Part shown: positions 24,201 through 37,055 of the stretch, piece by piece | Layout: every line of letters starts with the position of its first letter | How positions within the stretch are numbered: the stretch's first letter is position 1 | Source: Anaeramoeba ignava BMAN | Lineage: Eukaryota > Protista > Anaeramoebae | DNA length: 64,000 nt | Assembly: GCA_028826165.1 (NCBI GenBank) | Contig: JAPDFW010000103.1 | Span: 806,001-870,000 of the forward strand | Direction of reading: 5' to 3' | Made by a program: the position numbers and the translations under genes | Notes under the pieces: generated by a model | Seen by the model: the letters and a program-made list of their open reading frames with translations, nothing else | Database searches by the model: none | What the model was told of the DNA's origin: nothing

Positions 24201-27200
24201 AAAATTTAAAAAGCGAGGAAAAACTTGAGGTTGATCTTCCTGAAGCTTTAAGCTTCTTTGATAGTTTCATACCAAATAATCAACCTCAAGATCGATTGAA
24301 ATTTCATCAAAACAAGCAAAAGGAAGAATCAATTTTAACTTCAAAAACATTATTAAAAATGCTCCATCTCCATTTCAAATTAAAAGCAAAGCTTCCAGTC
24401 ATAATCAATGGTGGAAGTTATTACGAAAAGATGAGATTGATTCAATATTTATTTAAGGATATTTTGCAACAAAATTTAGTTATTCAGAATATTAACTCTT
24501 TAACAACACAAAAAGAGATTCTGAAAATTATTGGTATTAGTGAAGGAAAAGAGGATAATAACTATGGAGATGATGAACTCGAAAATCAACAAATTACAAA
24601 CTTTGTTTTCCACGGAATCAATAAAGCATCAAAAGAAGTGCTCATTTTATTCAAAGAGCTTGTTATTGATCATTCTTTCAACAGCAATTCTTTACCATCC
24701 AAAATCAATATTTTACTTTCTTTCAAATCTTTCCCATTTAGACAGCTATCAGATCCAAATAACCCAAGATCACACATGATTCTCGATTCCTTTTTGGAAG
24801 ATACTTACCATTTTGGCGAATTAAGTAAAAATGTTGAAACAAAATACATTTCCCAGTTAATCTATAAGGCAGTAAAAGAAATACTCATATCCCGGAAATG
24901 GAAGGATATCACAAAAACAAAAACAACAAATACCATCTTGAATCTCATTATTTTTGCACGAAATTACATACAAACAATTTTGCAAAATAACGATAATAAT
25001 ATCAATAGTTCAACATCTGAAAATATTTCTATTCATTTTGATGACTTCTATTTTGACTCATTTTCTGATATTGGAATGTTTATTCGATTGATAAAATGGG
25101 TGTTGATCGACCAAGACAACATGCATTTTATTCCTAAAATAGATGATTATCCCAAAGAAGATAAACACAAAAGTGAACAATCAGATAATTTTGCATCGGT
25201 TGTTTTATTATCAGTATTTGTTATTTATGCATCGAATCTAGACAAAATGCAAAGACATGAATTCTTCAAAAAAATTGATGATGAAATCAAAAATCAAGAA
25301 GAAGGATTACTCAAGAAAAGTTTAAAAAAAATACGAATCCAAAAAAATTTTGATAATTTCGCAGACAATTTAATCAAATCATTCGAAATTGATCTATTAA
25401 AAAATACGATTGCTACCAACAAAATATTTAAAGAGAACCTTTTGATTATGTTTCTTTCAATTGTTTGCAATATCCCATTACTAATTTATGGAAGACCAGG
25501 TATATTTATTGAATTTCAATGTTTGAATTGAATTTACTAAATTTTTTAATTTCTAATTTTTAATTTTCTGATAGGGAATTCAAAAACAATATCACTTACA
25601 ATTCTTTTTGAAATATTCAAATTTACAAGAAAGAAATCAAATATCAAGAAAATACAACAATGGAACACTTTCCAATTTTCACTTGTGGAAATACAATGCA
25701 CAAATTTAATAAATCCAGAAGATATTTCAAAACTTTTCACAAATTTAAAAACCAAAAAATCAAAAAATGTAGAAAAAAAAACAATTCCAGTTCTTGTTTT
25801 TAAAGAGTTTGAAGATTTGAATCAAGAAGCCTTAATGAAATTGAATTTGGAAATTTCCAAAATTATGAATGAAATGATGTTTTCACAAAATATTGATTTT
25901 GATTTTGAATTTTCAATCCTTTTATTATCCAATTCAATCACTCCAAAATTAAATCCCATCAAAGATCCTATTTTTGAGTTCTCGGGAATCATTTTAACAC
26001 AACTACACAACCCAAGTAAGCCAGATCTCGAAAGCATGACTTCCACTTTTTTGGATTTTTTTTCACTCAAAGATTCGCCAAATTCCAAAATTGTACTTGA
26101 TTTATTTTTGGCAATTTATAAAAACCAGAAAAAGTTAATCCTTTATCAATTTTGTGATACTTTCCCAGAAAAAGAAATAACAACTAATTTATATGGGATG
26201 ATTGATTATTACTCTTTTATTAAACAACTTGGATTGGATTGCAAGAAATCAAAGGAAAAAAAGCTTCAAGAAAAACGTTTTTATCAGATCTTTTATCGTA
26301 ATTTTGGAATTCGAAATGAAAAATCCAAAAAATTGATCAAAACAAAGATTGATTCTTTCGATGACTCTTTCGAATGCAATTTGCAATCAATTATTAAAGA
26401 TAATTTGGATGGAACAGCGATTATTCATCAAAACAACAAGGATTTTAATCAAGAATTTGCATTCCCTATTTCTTTGTTTAGACCATTGATTCTTATTGTT
26501 AAGAATATTGCGTTTTTTGAATTTGTTAGAGAAGTCTTTTTCCCAGATTGGATTTTAATAAAAGGTTCTTCAAAAACAAACAAACAGACAAATTTAACTG
26601 CAGATTTGAATATTGTGGAATATTGTATCAATCAAGGCAAAAAACTAATCATTTTTGATTATCAAGAAATCTATCCATCTCTTTTCCATTTGTTTCACCA
26701 ATTTTACACTCGAGAAAACAGGAAATTTTGCGTATCTATATTTTTTGGGAAACAACCAAAAAAAGTTATAATTGATCCTAATTTCAATTTTGTGGTTGTC
26801 ACAACAAAACCATTTGATTGTGAGTTCAAAAACCCAAGATTAATTCATCAATTTGAAAAGCATTTGGTTAATGTTTCAGATATTTTCCAAATTGCAAGTG
26901 ATAACGACAAACTGAGAATTTTAAAGGAAACAAAGAAGTTATTGGATGATTTTTTAGAGGATCATTTAAAGCATAACTTTTCAAAATTCATTTTTGAGGA
27001 GGATTTTTTCACTTCTTTAGTTTGGAGTATTGAAAAACAAAATAACAGTAACAATAATGATGATAAAATTATGATTCAAAAATTGCTTCAATTTTACAAA
27101 TTAACAGAAATGAACGAAATTAAATATTTGATATCGACTTTAAGATTTAAAAAGAAGGAAAAGAAAAAAAAGAAGAAACTCCAGAATATTCTAAATGACT

Positions 27201-30200
27201 ATTTCTCCTTAAATAATATTGGAATAAATCAGTTAATGGAGAATGAGATTATACCAAAAAATATCAAAAAATCTATAATTTTCACGCTTACAAAAGAAAC
27301 TCAAAATGAAATTCAAAATGAAATTCAAAAAAATGGACAAATTATTTATTCAATAAATTTACAAAACCAAGATAAAATTTATAGGGATGTTTTAAATCAA
27401 TTTGTTGATAAATTCGATGATAAGAAGCTCATTTTAATGATTCATTTCAAACAAAATCAAATTGAAATGCTTTATGAGCTAAAGATGATTATTGAAGAAA
27501 TAATTTTGAAAAAGTTGCAATTCAGGAAACAAAAGAATACTAACAGCAACAAAAATAAAGGAAAGGAACATAACTGTTTTGTGATTCTTTTTGTTCATTT
27601 CACTAAATACACAGAAATTGCAAATTTTCCCTTCTATTTTCAACCAAAATGGGAACATTATTTTATTGAGGAATTAAATCCAAAATTTATAACAAAGGAT
27701 CCAGTTCATCTCTCAACATTTTCTGATATTTTTGAGGACTTGAAAAAAGATAGTAAATTGAAAGAGATTTTTTCTCTCAACATTTACCAATTTGTCTTGC
27801 AAGATTCATTGATCCGCAAACAGAAGAATTTGAAAACGCGAAAAATTTGATCAATAATAATATTTTTTCTCAATGGGATAGCCAAGTTATTCCAAAAATC
27901 GAAGAAATGATTAAAGATGGTGTTTCAGAGAAACATTTTATTTGCCAATGGGACACAAGAAAAATATATCAAGAAAAACCGAATGCGTTCCCATATAATG
28001 CATTATTTGAGAAATTCACAGAAATTATGGTTGAAATTATTGCAATTTTTTTGAGTAACATTTTGCCAATCCAAAATATATCCTTTTTCGATCCAAATGT
28101 TGAAAAAACACAACAAATATGGAGGAACATTTACCAAGAGTTTAAGATTTCTTTGTATGAAATTGGAGTTGAAACGAACATAAACAAAATTGGGTATAAA
28201 GGAAAGGTTCAAATACCATTTTCGTTTTTGATTCATAAAGCAACATTGTATGAGCAAAAGATGGACAAAAAAAAGAGATTAAAATTTCCATTTATTGCAC
28301 ATCCTTTTAAGGATGAAGTTTTTCAGAAAATTTTTGTTGGGGATAAACCCGAAGATATTATCAATTTATATTTGGAGGATTTCATTGATTTTGTATTGAA
28401 TCCAGAACAAAAAAACATGTTCAGATTTCTGAATATTGATTTGATTAAATGGATCAACGCATTCCAAGAATCAGAACAACCGGAAGTAAAGGATCTGTCT
28501 TTGGAGCAAATTTACAAGATTTATTTTGGAAAGATTGAAAAGCCACTAGAAAGCCTACTCAATATAGTCTCTATCCAGAAGAGATTCAACCCAAGCGAAC
28601 AAGACAATTCTGAGAATCAGAACTTTTCTCTTTTGGTTTTTATGGCGAACATTATGAAACAAATAAGCAAGAATGCATTATTAAGAAAGAAAATTTTATC
28701 AGTTTCAAAACAAGTTGAGCAAGTGATTGATTTTTTGATTGAACTTGAGCCAACAAAACAAAGCGAGATTTTAAATTTGTTCCACGAATGGAACAGTAAT
28801 TTGCTTCTTGATTGCTGTGGAATTGATCTTTTTAAAACGATGGCAGAAAAGGATTATAAAACCAACTTTTCAGAAATTGAAAAACAAACATTTTTCAGTA
28901 AGATTGACATGAAATGCGTGATAAAAGTATTTTCTGACAAAGAAATCAATGAAAAGGATTTTTGTGTTTGTTCTGAATCTTCCAAAAGAAAAGAATGGAG
29001 TTGTGTAATGGCAAATCCAAATCAAAAAAAGAAGGCAAAAATTTGTCCGAATTGCCAAACCAAATTGGGCGGCAAAAAAAATCATTTCCGGAAAGCCAAA
29101 CCGGAGAGAATCAATAACTTCAAGGAGGGAGTCAAAACAGGAATTCCATATTTTATCAGGTGTTTGTCTTTTTATGGAGAATTATTATTCAAACAATTTT
29201 CTTTCAGGGATAAAATGGAGAAGAAACTAGATTTCAAAGGAATCACAGAATACATCAACTACTCTATTGAGAAAACAAGAGCCATATTCCAAATTGTGAG
29301 TGTTTTGGAACTGAATTGGAACAAGTTATTTTTATCGATTTACGAACCATTATTTCGCAAATTATTTTCTTTGATCCAAAAAAAGAGCAAAGAGAACAAA
29401 AATAATGAAAGTAAAAAAATTATCAAATTTATGGATGTTTATTTGAAGAGGACAAATCTGAAGCCATCAGTGAAGGAACCGCGCAATATTATTCTTATTT
29501 CTTGTGTGGAAATTTTGAATGAAGAGCATCAATCGATGGTTGATTTACTTTCTTTCTTGCAGATGACAAAAAAAACAACAACAACAACAAAAAAAGAATC
29601 CAACAATCAAGAAAATAATTTTAGTATCATTGATTCATTTTCGGAATCCTCTTTTAATCTTTGCCAAATTGCCAAATTTATTGAGAGACGAAGAAATTGC
29701 ATTTACGAACCAGAAAATGCCATCCAAGAATTCAAAAATATTGAAGATACAGAAGAAGCAGAACCCTGGATCAAGTTTGTTTTGATTCAATTCAGAAATA
29801 AATATGGAAGTCTGCGTCTTCAGAACTTCGTTAAATCAGCCAAATTAAGAAAAAGTCATTCAAGTAAAGATTTCCTGAAGGAAATTGAGGAAGAAAAACA
29901 GGAAAATTTATTTGAAATTAGGATTCCAGAAAGAATAGAATCAAGAGAAGATTTGATCCAAAAATTTAATAACAATTTCTCAGAAATTGAAAAGAAATTT
30001 AAGAACAAAGAACTGTTCAAAATGTGTCTTCGATCATTTTTATTTGTTTATGAAACCAAACTCGAACTATTTGAGTTGATTTTGCATGATTCGATGATGG
30101 AGAACAACAACGAATCAAAACAAAAAGTTGAAGAATTAAAGACATTATTCTGGCCATCAATGGGAAAGCATCCCGTGAATCAAGAATATATGAGGGACAA

Positions 30201-31939
30201 GAAGAAATACAAATTGTGTAGGAAAGAACATTTAAATATCATCAACTCAATTTTTAATATTGAAGAAGAAACTAAGTGCATAATTTGCGGAGAAAAACTC
30301 CAAACCAAATCAACTTGAGACAGAATTTTTTGAGAACGTTGTTTCGTATTGTGTCTCCAAATCTCCAAACAAAAACCCCATTTTCACACTTCGCAAAATG
30401 CATCCTGCGACTTTCCGGATAATTAGATTGTTGATTCATTCGTTGATTCTTCCGTTTGCAATGAAGTCATCTCATTTTGCTCAAAATTTCATATCGGTTA
30501 TCAATGATTATGTTGAAAAACCTTTGAATAAGGATGATTTAGTCAATATGATTCATCTTCACATTCAAAACGATCTTGACATTTTATCAAGATATCATGG
30601 TATTTCCGAATTCCAAGGAATGATTTATTATCACGAAACACTCAACTCGATCACTGGTAATGATCTGCAAAATTGCGATCTAAAAAAAGAGGAATACAAA
30701 AAAGCTACAAGTAGAAATTCATTCGAGGATTTGTTTTCAAAGGTTTTCAAAGAGAAAAGCGAGGATATTATCAAAAATATCCGGATTCAAGATGAAAAAT
30801 GCCCGATTCTCCAAAAGCTTAAGTTTCGGGAAGATCAAATCAATCTTTTTGGATTGGAAAAAAAGGAAATGCAACAAGTTATCAAGTTGCTTGATAACGA
30901 AAATTCGGAACACCAAGGAATCGAGTATAAAACTGTGAAGTTTATTCTTGATAATTCTGAAGATTTGGATCTTTTGGTATTGTGTGAAGGATTTATTAAA
31001 TTTGCAAGTGTTGTAACTAATAAATTGAACGGGAGAATCACAAGAGAAAAAGCGAAGCAAATGACAATCCAAGAGTTTCTTTCGGAAGAAAACAACAACC
31101 AGATCAAGATTGATAATATTCATTCTTTATTCAATCAATTCAAAGATTTTTGGAGATTGTGTTTTCCAAAAGTGAAATATCTACTAGAATTATATGGAAT
31201 TAAAGAAGAAAAAATTCCAAAAGAGATCAATGAAGAAAATTATGTTGATATAATTTTAGTTGGAAATGATCAATCGAACATGGCAATCCCCATATTTATC
31301 CATCATCTATTAAATATACATAATAATCTCGTTAAATCAGAAACATTCCGTTTGTTTTTCCAAAAGAATAGTGTTGATCAAAGCTTTTATCAAGGTTCTT
31401 ATCCTTTAGTTTTTCCATTGAAAAAAACAAATGATTTTGAATCAACAAAAATTTTAAAGTTTGATTTCAAAGAGTTCCAAGATTTTGTCAACAACCAATT
31501 AGTCGATAATTTGGATACTATTTATCAATATATTTGCGCTAAATTGAGATATTTTAGTCAATCAACAATTCTATTGTTTGAAATTGAAAATTTTGTTTAT
31601 TTTAATGAAGAATCCAAAATCCAAGTTGATTTTCTTCAAGATCCAAAATGGAAACAAGAATTTATTCCAAATTCTGAATGGGAAACAATTAAAGATGAAT
31701 TGATTCAGAATCATTTATTTGATTTTTTCAAAATGATGATTAAAAATGTTGTTCTGATTTGTCGAAATATTTCTTTAAATGAACAAAATATGTTTTTAAT
31801 TGATTTATCAATTTTAAAGTTTTTAAATTCAAAATTGGATTGTTCTTATTTTAATCAAATTGGAGAGTTTTGTCCTGAATTTAAAGAAAATATTAAATTA
31901 AAACATCTTCTTTTTCTTTTTCAAAAAAATTTGATTTAA
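18246..31939 (+). CDS. Giant RNF213/mysterin-like AAA+ ATPase-E3 protein (~4500 aa), interrupted by frameshifts (pseudogene or sequence errors)
   Basis: Six collinear ORFs with RNF213-like motifs in order: FTSHFSGMGKSF; LKMLHLHFKLKAKLPVIING; ENLLIMFLSIVCNIPLLIYGRPG|NSKT (intron 25500-25574 restores this P-loop); YGMIDYYSFIK, RNFG, CINQGK.LI....EIYPSLFHLFHQFY, LIHQFEKH, WEHYFIEEL; RING-like CVC...C...CPNC; RZ-like C-x3-H...CIIC; MHPATFRIIRLLIH. Frame breaks at ~20725, ~21600-21850, ~27770, ~30295. Confidence 0.8.
21560..21995 (+). repeat. (AAATCT/AAATCA)n and (AATTCTAAAAGATC[AT])n tandem repeats inside the RNF213-like locus
   Basis: Reads as [13 protein letters not shown] peptides; the frame from 21851 runs open into ORF 22019. 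Confidence 0.8.
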
Positions 31940-32222
31940 AAAGATTTAAAATTAAAAAACAAATTTTTTTTTTTCAATTATTTTTTATTTTTTTTTAAAA
32001 AGGAAAATTATAAGAAAAAAAAAAAGAAAAAAAAAGATTTTAAAGTTGAAACAAATTGAAATTTTTTTTTTTGTTGTTGATTTTTCTGTTTTTTTTAAAA
32101 AAAAAAAAGTGGAACAAAAAAAATTGAGAAAAAGAAAAAATTATCAAAAAAGAAAAAAGAAAAAAGAAAAAAGATTTCTTATCAATTAAAAAGAAATGAA
32201 AGTTTAGAAAGGAGAAATAATT

Positions 32223-35200
32223 TTAAATCACACCAGTTTCAGTCATTCTCTTTTCAAAAACAATTGTTTGAAGGGAATTCTAATTTAAATTTTTAAATAA
32301 ATTTATAAATAAATTTTTAAATAAATTTTTAAATAAATTTTTAAATAAATTTTTAAATAAATTTATAAATAATTTTATAAATCAATTTTTAAATAAATTT
32401 ATAAATAATTTTTAAATAATTTTATAAATAATTTTATAAATAATTTTATAAATAATTTTATAAATAATTTTATAAATAATTTTATAAATAATTTTATAAA
32501 TAATTTTATAAATAATTTTATAAATAAATTTTATAAATAATTTTATAAATAAATTTATAAATAATTTTATAAATAAATTTATAAATAAATTTTTAAATAA
32601 AATTTTTAAAAATAAAAAATAAATAATTTTTAAATAATTTTTAAAATTAAAAATTTTTAATAAATTTTAAATAAATTTTATAAATAAATTTATAAATAAA
32701 TTTTTAAATAAATTTATAAATAAATTTTAAATAAATTTTATAAATAAATCAATTTTATAAATAAATTTTTAAATAATTTTATAAATAATTTTATAAATAA
32801 ATAATTTAATTTTATATTTAATTTTATAAATAATTTTATAAATAAATTTTTAAATGTTTACAAAAACTTGTTGAATATGCTTTGTATTTGTTCCACAAGT
32901 ATAATGATCATGAATTTTTCTGTTTGGATTTTTAGTTTTTTCTAAAAATTTTTCTTTAATAAATTGAGTAGCTAATTCCAAATTAGGACCATCTTTATAA
33001 TCAGGAAAACAATTTGATAAATCACGTTTCTTAATTTTTTCTTCAAAGAGATCAATTTTGTTAAACAAAATAATGCAATCTGTTTTATGGAAATATTCAT
33101 TATTTGCTGTTTTTTCAAATAATTCAAGTGATTCATGCATTCTATTAATTCGTCGATCTTCAAATAACATTTCGTCATATTCACTTAAAGCAACAACATA
33201 AATGATAAAAGAAACATCATCAAATTGATGTATCCATTTTCTTCTTTCAGATCTTTGACCTCCAACATCAACAACTCTTTTTATATGATTTATATTCAAA
33301 AAAATTTTTGTTTTGTTTTCATTTAAATTTAATTTAAAAAATTATTTTTTTTTTGTTTTTTGATTTTTACTTCCAAGGAATTTGATTAACCATAAATGAG
33401 ATTGATTTAACTCCAGTTGTAGGAATTCTACAACTAAGAATATCTCTTTCAGATGGATGATATTCTGTTGAGGAAATTCGATTTATGTTATCAAGAAAAC
33501 TAGAATTTTTTTATAAATAATTTTATAAATAATTTTATATTTAATTTTATAAATAATTTTATAAATAATTTTATATTTAATTTTATAATTAATTTTATAA
33601 ATAATTTTATATTTAAATTTATAATTAATTTTATAATTAATTTTATATTTAATTTTATAAAATGAATTTTAAGAGTTTTTTTGGATTTTTTTTTTTGGAT
33701 TTTTTTTAAATGAATTTTTTTTAAATGAATTTTTTTTAAATGAATTTTTTTAAATGAATTTTTTTTAAAATATTTGAAAAATACTATGATGTTGAATCTG
33801 GAACATAAAATTCTGATCTTCTGTCAAATGCTGTTTTCATTCCTTCATCTTCCCAAAGTGTTTTACAATCCTGTGAAACTTGTGGTGAAAATTGTGTATA
33901 TTCCAAAAATCGGTTTGCAATTGACTAAAGATCATTTAAGTAAAAAATTTAATTTTAATTTTAATTTTAATTTTAATTTTAATTTTAATTTTAATTTTGA
34001 TTTTAATTTTAATTTCAAATTCAATTTAAATTTTAATTTTAATTTTAATTTTAATTTTAATTTTAATTTTGATTTTAATTTTAATTTAAATTTTAATATT
34101 AATTTTAATTTTAATTTTAATTTTAATTTAATTTTAATTTTGATTTTGATTTTAATTTTAATTTCAAATTTAATTTTAATTTTATTTTAATTTTAATTTT
34201 AATTTTAATTTTTAATTTTAATTTTTGATTTTAATTTTAATTGAATTTAATTTTAATTTTAATTTTAATTTTAATTTTAATTTTAATTTTTAATTTTTAA
34301 TTTTAATTTTAATTTTAATTTTAATTTTAATTTTAATTTTAATTTTAATTTTAATTTTAATTTTAATTTTTAATTTTAAATTTTAATTTTAAATTTTAAT
34401 TTTAATTTTAATTTTAATTTTAATTTTAATTTTAATTTTAATTTTAATTTAATTTTTTAATTTTAATTTTAATTTTAATTTTAATTTTAATTTTAATTTT
34501 AATTTTAATTTTAATTTTAATTTTAATTTTAATTTTAATTTTTAATTTTAAATAAAATATCTAAAAATATTTACTGTATTTTCGCTTTTAAGTGAAATTC
34601 TTAATTCTTGAGTTGCATTGATTAACGCTTTTGTATAAACAATTAAGTTTTGACGAATAACTGTTAAATACAATTCTTTTTCAGAATCAGAAAATCCTTC
34701 ATTATATAATATTTGAATTTGTTTGATAAATGTTGTCTATTTTTAAGTTTTAATTTTTATAAATGAATTTTAATTTTAATTTTATAAATTAATTTTTAAT
34801 TATAAATGAATTTTTAATTTTAATTTTAATTTTAATTTTAATTTTTTAAATGAATTTAAATTATAAATGAATTTTAATTATAAATGAATTTTTAATTGTT
34901 TTTGTTTTTGTTTTTTGTTTTGAGTTTAAATAGAATAAAGAAATTTTAAGTTCAAAATTGAAAGAGAAAAAAAAAACACAAATTAATCAATAAAATTATA
35001 ACGAATGAAAATAAAAATTAGAAACAAACTTTTCCAGATTCACCAGTTCCTAAAAAGAAAAAAAAAAGAAAAAAAGAAAAAAAAATTTTAAAAAAAAGAG
35101 AAAATTTTAATTTAAATTTTTTTATAAAAAAAATAACAAACCCAATAAAAGAAGTTTAACTTCTTTTTTAAATCTTTGTTCTTCTTCTTTAAGTCTTGCA

Positions 35201-35259
35201 TCAATTTCTCGACTTTTCTCTTTTTCTTTTTGTCTTCTTTTTGATGTTTTTGATCCCAT
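32223..35259 (-). CDS. Heterotrimeric G protein alpha subunit (7 exons)
   Basis: Exons 35259-35142, 35049-35030, 34736-34575, 33924-33785, 33499-33371, 33276-32862, 32279-32223. Motifs: MGSK (myristoylation-type), KLLLLG|TGESGK|TTFIKQ, CRIPTTG, DVGGQRSERRKW, FNKIDLF, TCG, C-terminal ETGVI*. Confidence 0.95.
32282..32850. repeat. Intronic (TAAATAATTTTA)n repeat
   Basis: 12-mer tandem repeat in the last G-alpha intron. Confidence 0.85.
33945..34555. repeat. Intronic (TTTTAA)n repeat
   Basis: Hexamer array in G-alpha intron 33925-34574. Confidence 0.88.
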
Positions 35260-35814
35260 TTAAAAATAATAACTTTTTTTTGTTTGTTTTTGTTTGTTGT
35301 TTTTTTTTTTTATAATTATTAAAAAGAAAGAAAAGAAAAAAAATGAAAATTAAATTTTTTAAATTAAAATTAAAATTTTTTTTTTTTTCTTTTAGTTCGT
35401 TATTTTTATTTTTTTTATTTAATTAGATTTTTTTTTTTTTATTTTTTAATCAATAAATTCTTATTTTTTCTTTATTTTTTCTTGATTTTTTCTTTTTTAA
35501 ATTTCTCATTTGATCCAAAATTTAAAATTTAAAATTTCAATAATAGAAATAGTAAAAATAATAGAAATAGATTTTAATTAAATTTGATCATTTAAAATAT
35601 TTATTTTTTCTTTTTTCTTAAAAGATCTTAATTGAAAATTATTTAATTATAAAAAAATTAAAAGGAAAAAAAAAAAAATATTTTTATTAAAATTCGATTT
35701 TGTAAAATTAAAGAGAAGAAAAGAAACGAAAAGAAAAATACTTGAATCATTAAGTTAAGTTGATAAAATGGTATTTTTGTTTGTAAGAAAAAGAAAAAGA
35801 AAAAGAAAAAAAAC

Positions 35815-36996
35815 TCAAACAATATAACCTTTTTTCAAATTAGAAAATTCGAATTTTTCATGAGTTCTTGGATCATTAATAAAGCCATTGTTTTGTTCTT
35901 CAAGTTTTTTCAAAGCGTCATAAGAATAAACATTTCCGTTAGGAAGAACCAAAACAGAATTTGTGATTTTTCCTGAAATTCTACAAACAAAACAAGAATT
36001 AGTGTGCGGATTAATAGGCAAATCTTTAGCCAAAATATTGCATAATGGATGACACACAGGACAATTAATAGACTTAGAATCTTCCTTAAAACAATGAAGT
36101 GATTTCATTGCTGCGAGACCCGCGCCCAAAACAATTTCAAATAAGGATTGTTTGCTGAGCCCATATAACCTCAAATTTTCGACTTGAAATTGTAAAACTA
36201 ATTCGTTCCATCTTTCATCTGAATATAAAACTTGATATCTCTTCGGTAAATTTGGATAGCTTGATGAGAACGCAAGCATTCCCATAACACGCTTGATTTT
36301 TTCCATTTGATTTTCTGCAAATGGCGCAAGAAATTTTTTTGCATATTGGATTGCCTTCAGTTTTTCTTCCTTTCTCAGAAGTTCAATAAATTCTTGTCTT
36401 CTCAATTCGAACTCAAAACTGGAGTTGATCTTACGAAGACGAGAACGATTCTCTGCGCACCATTGAAGCGACTCCTTTATAGAATGGTTCTGCAGAGATT
36501 TTGTGATCCGCTTAGAATCATTAAAAATCTCAATATCTATCAATTGTTCAAACCCTTCTGTCTTGCTTAATAGCTTCGCTGTTTCGAGTATGTCTTCTCG
36601 AATCAGGAAATCCAAAATCATTTGTGATGTCAATAATCTTTTTTTCTTGATGTCTTCATTTTCCTCGTTTTTACTCTTTGGTTTTTTTTCATTCATTTTT
36701 TCTTTTGATAAAGATTGTTGTTCTAAATATTCAATTCTTTTTTTTGTTCTTTGTATGATTTTCTTTTCAATTTGTGATGTTTGGTTCAGTTTTTTTTGTA
36801 GTAATTTTGAATGATTATGAAGTTTGATTAATTTTGCTGTTATTTCTTTTTTGTTTTCATTTGGATTTTTTGTTATTTTTTCAATTTCATCACTTAAATA
36901 TTTAAATTCCTTTTCAATTCTTTTGTATTTTTTATGGAATAATTTTGATAATAATTCATAACTTGGTTTTAATAAAGGATAAGAAGTAAAATCCAT
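35815..36996 (-). CDS. MAEA: MAEA/Gid9 subunit of the CTLH/GID E3 ligase
   Basis: Single 393-aa ORF. YPLLKPSYE.L.K.F N-terminus; LisH (ILDFLIRE..LETA); CTLH (WCAENRSRLRKINSSFEFELRRQEFIELLR); CPVC; degenerate RING (CRISG...VLPNGNVYS...DPRT). Confidence 0.92.
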   Translation of the reverse strand: MDFTSYPLLKPSYELLSKLFHKKYKRIEKEFKYLSDEIEKITKNPNENKKEITAKLIKLHNHSKLLQKKLNQTSQIEKKIIQRTKKRIEYLEQQSLSKEKMNEKKPKSKNEENEDIKKKRLLTSQMILDFLIREDILETAKLLSKTEGFEQLIDIEIFNDSKRITKSLQNHSIKESLQWCAENRSRLRKINSSFEFELRRQEFIELLRKEEKLKAIQYAKKFLAPFAENQMEKIKRVMGMLAFSSSYPNLPKRYQVLYSDERWNELVLQFQVENLRLYGLSKQSLFEIVLGAGLAAMKSLHCFKEDSKSINCPVCHPLCNILAKDLPINPHTNSCFVCRISGKITNSVLVLPNGNVYSYDALKKLEEQNNGFINDPRTHEKFEFSNLKKGYIV

Positions 36997-37055
36997 ATTA
37001 AAAAAGAAGGAAAAAAATGAAAAAAATTTAAAAATGAAAAAAATATTTTCTGTTT

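Noticed and set aside
18246-31939. Transposon or viral polyprotein explanation for the long intron-poor ORFs
   Set aside because: No RT, integrase, transposase, capsid or polymerase motifs and no terminal repeats; the motif order fits RNF213.
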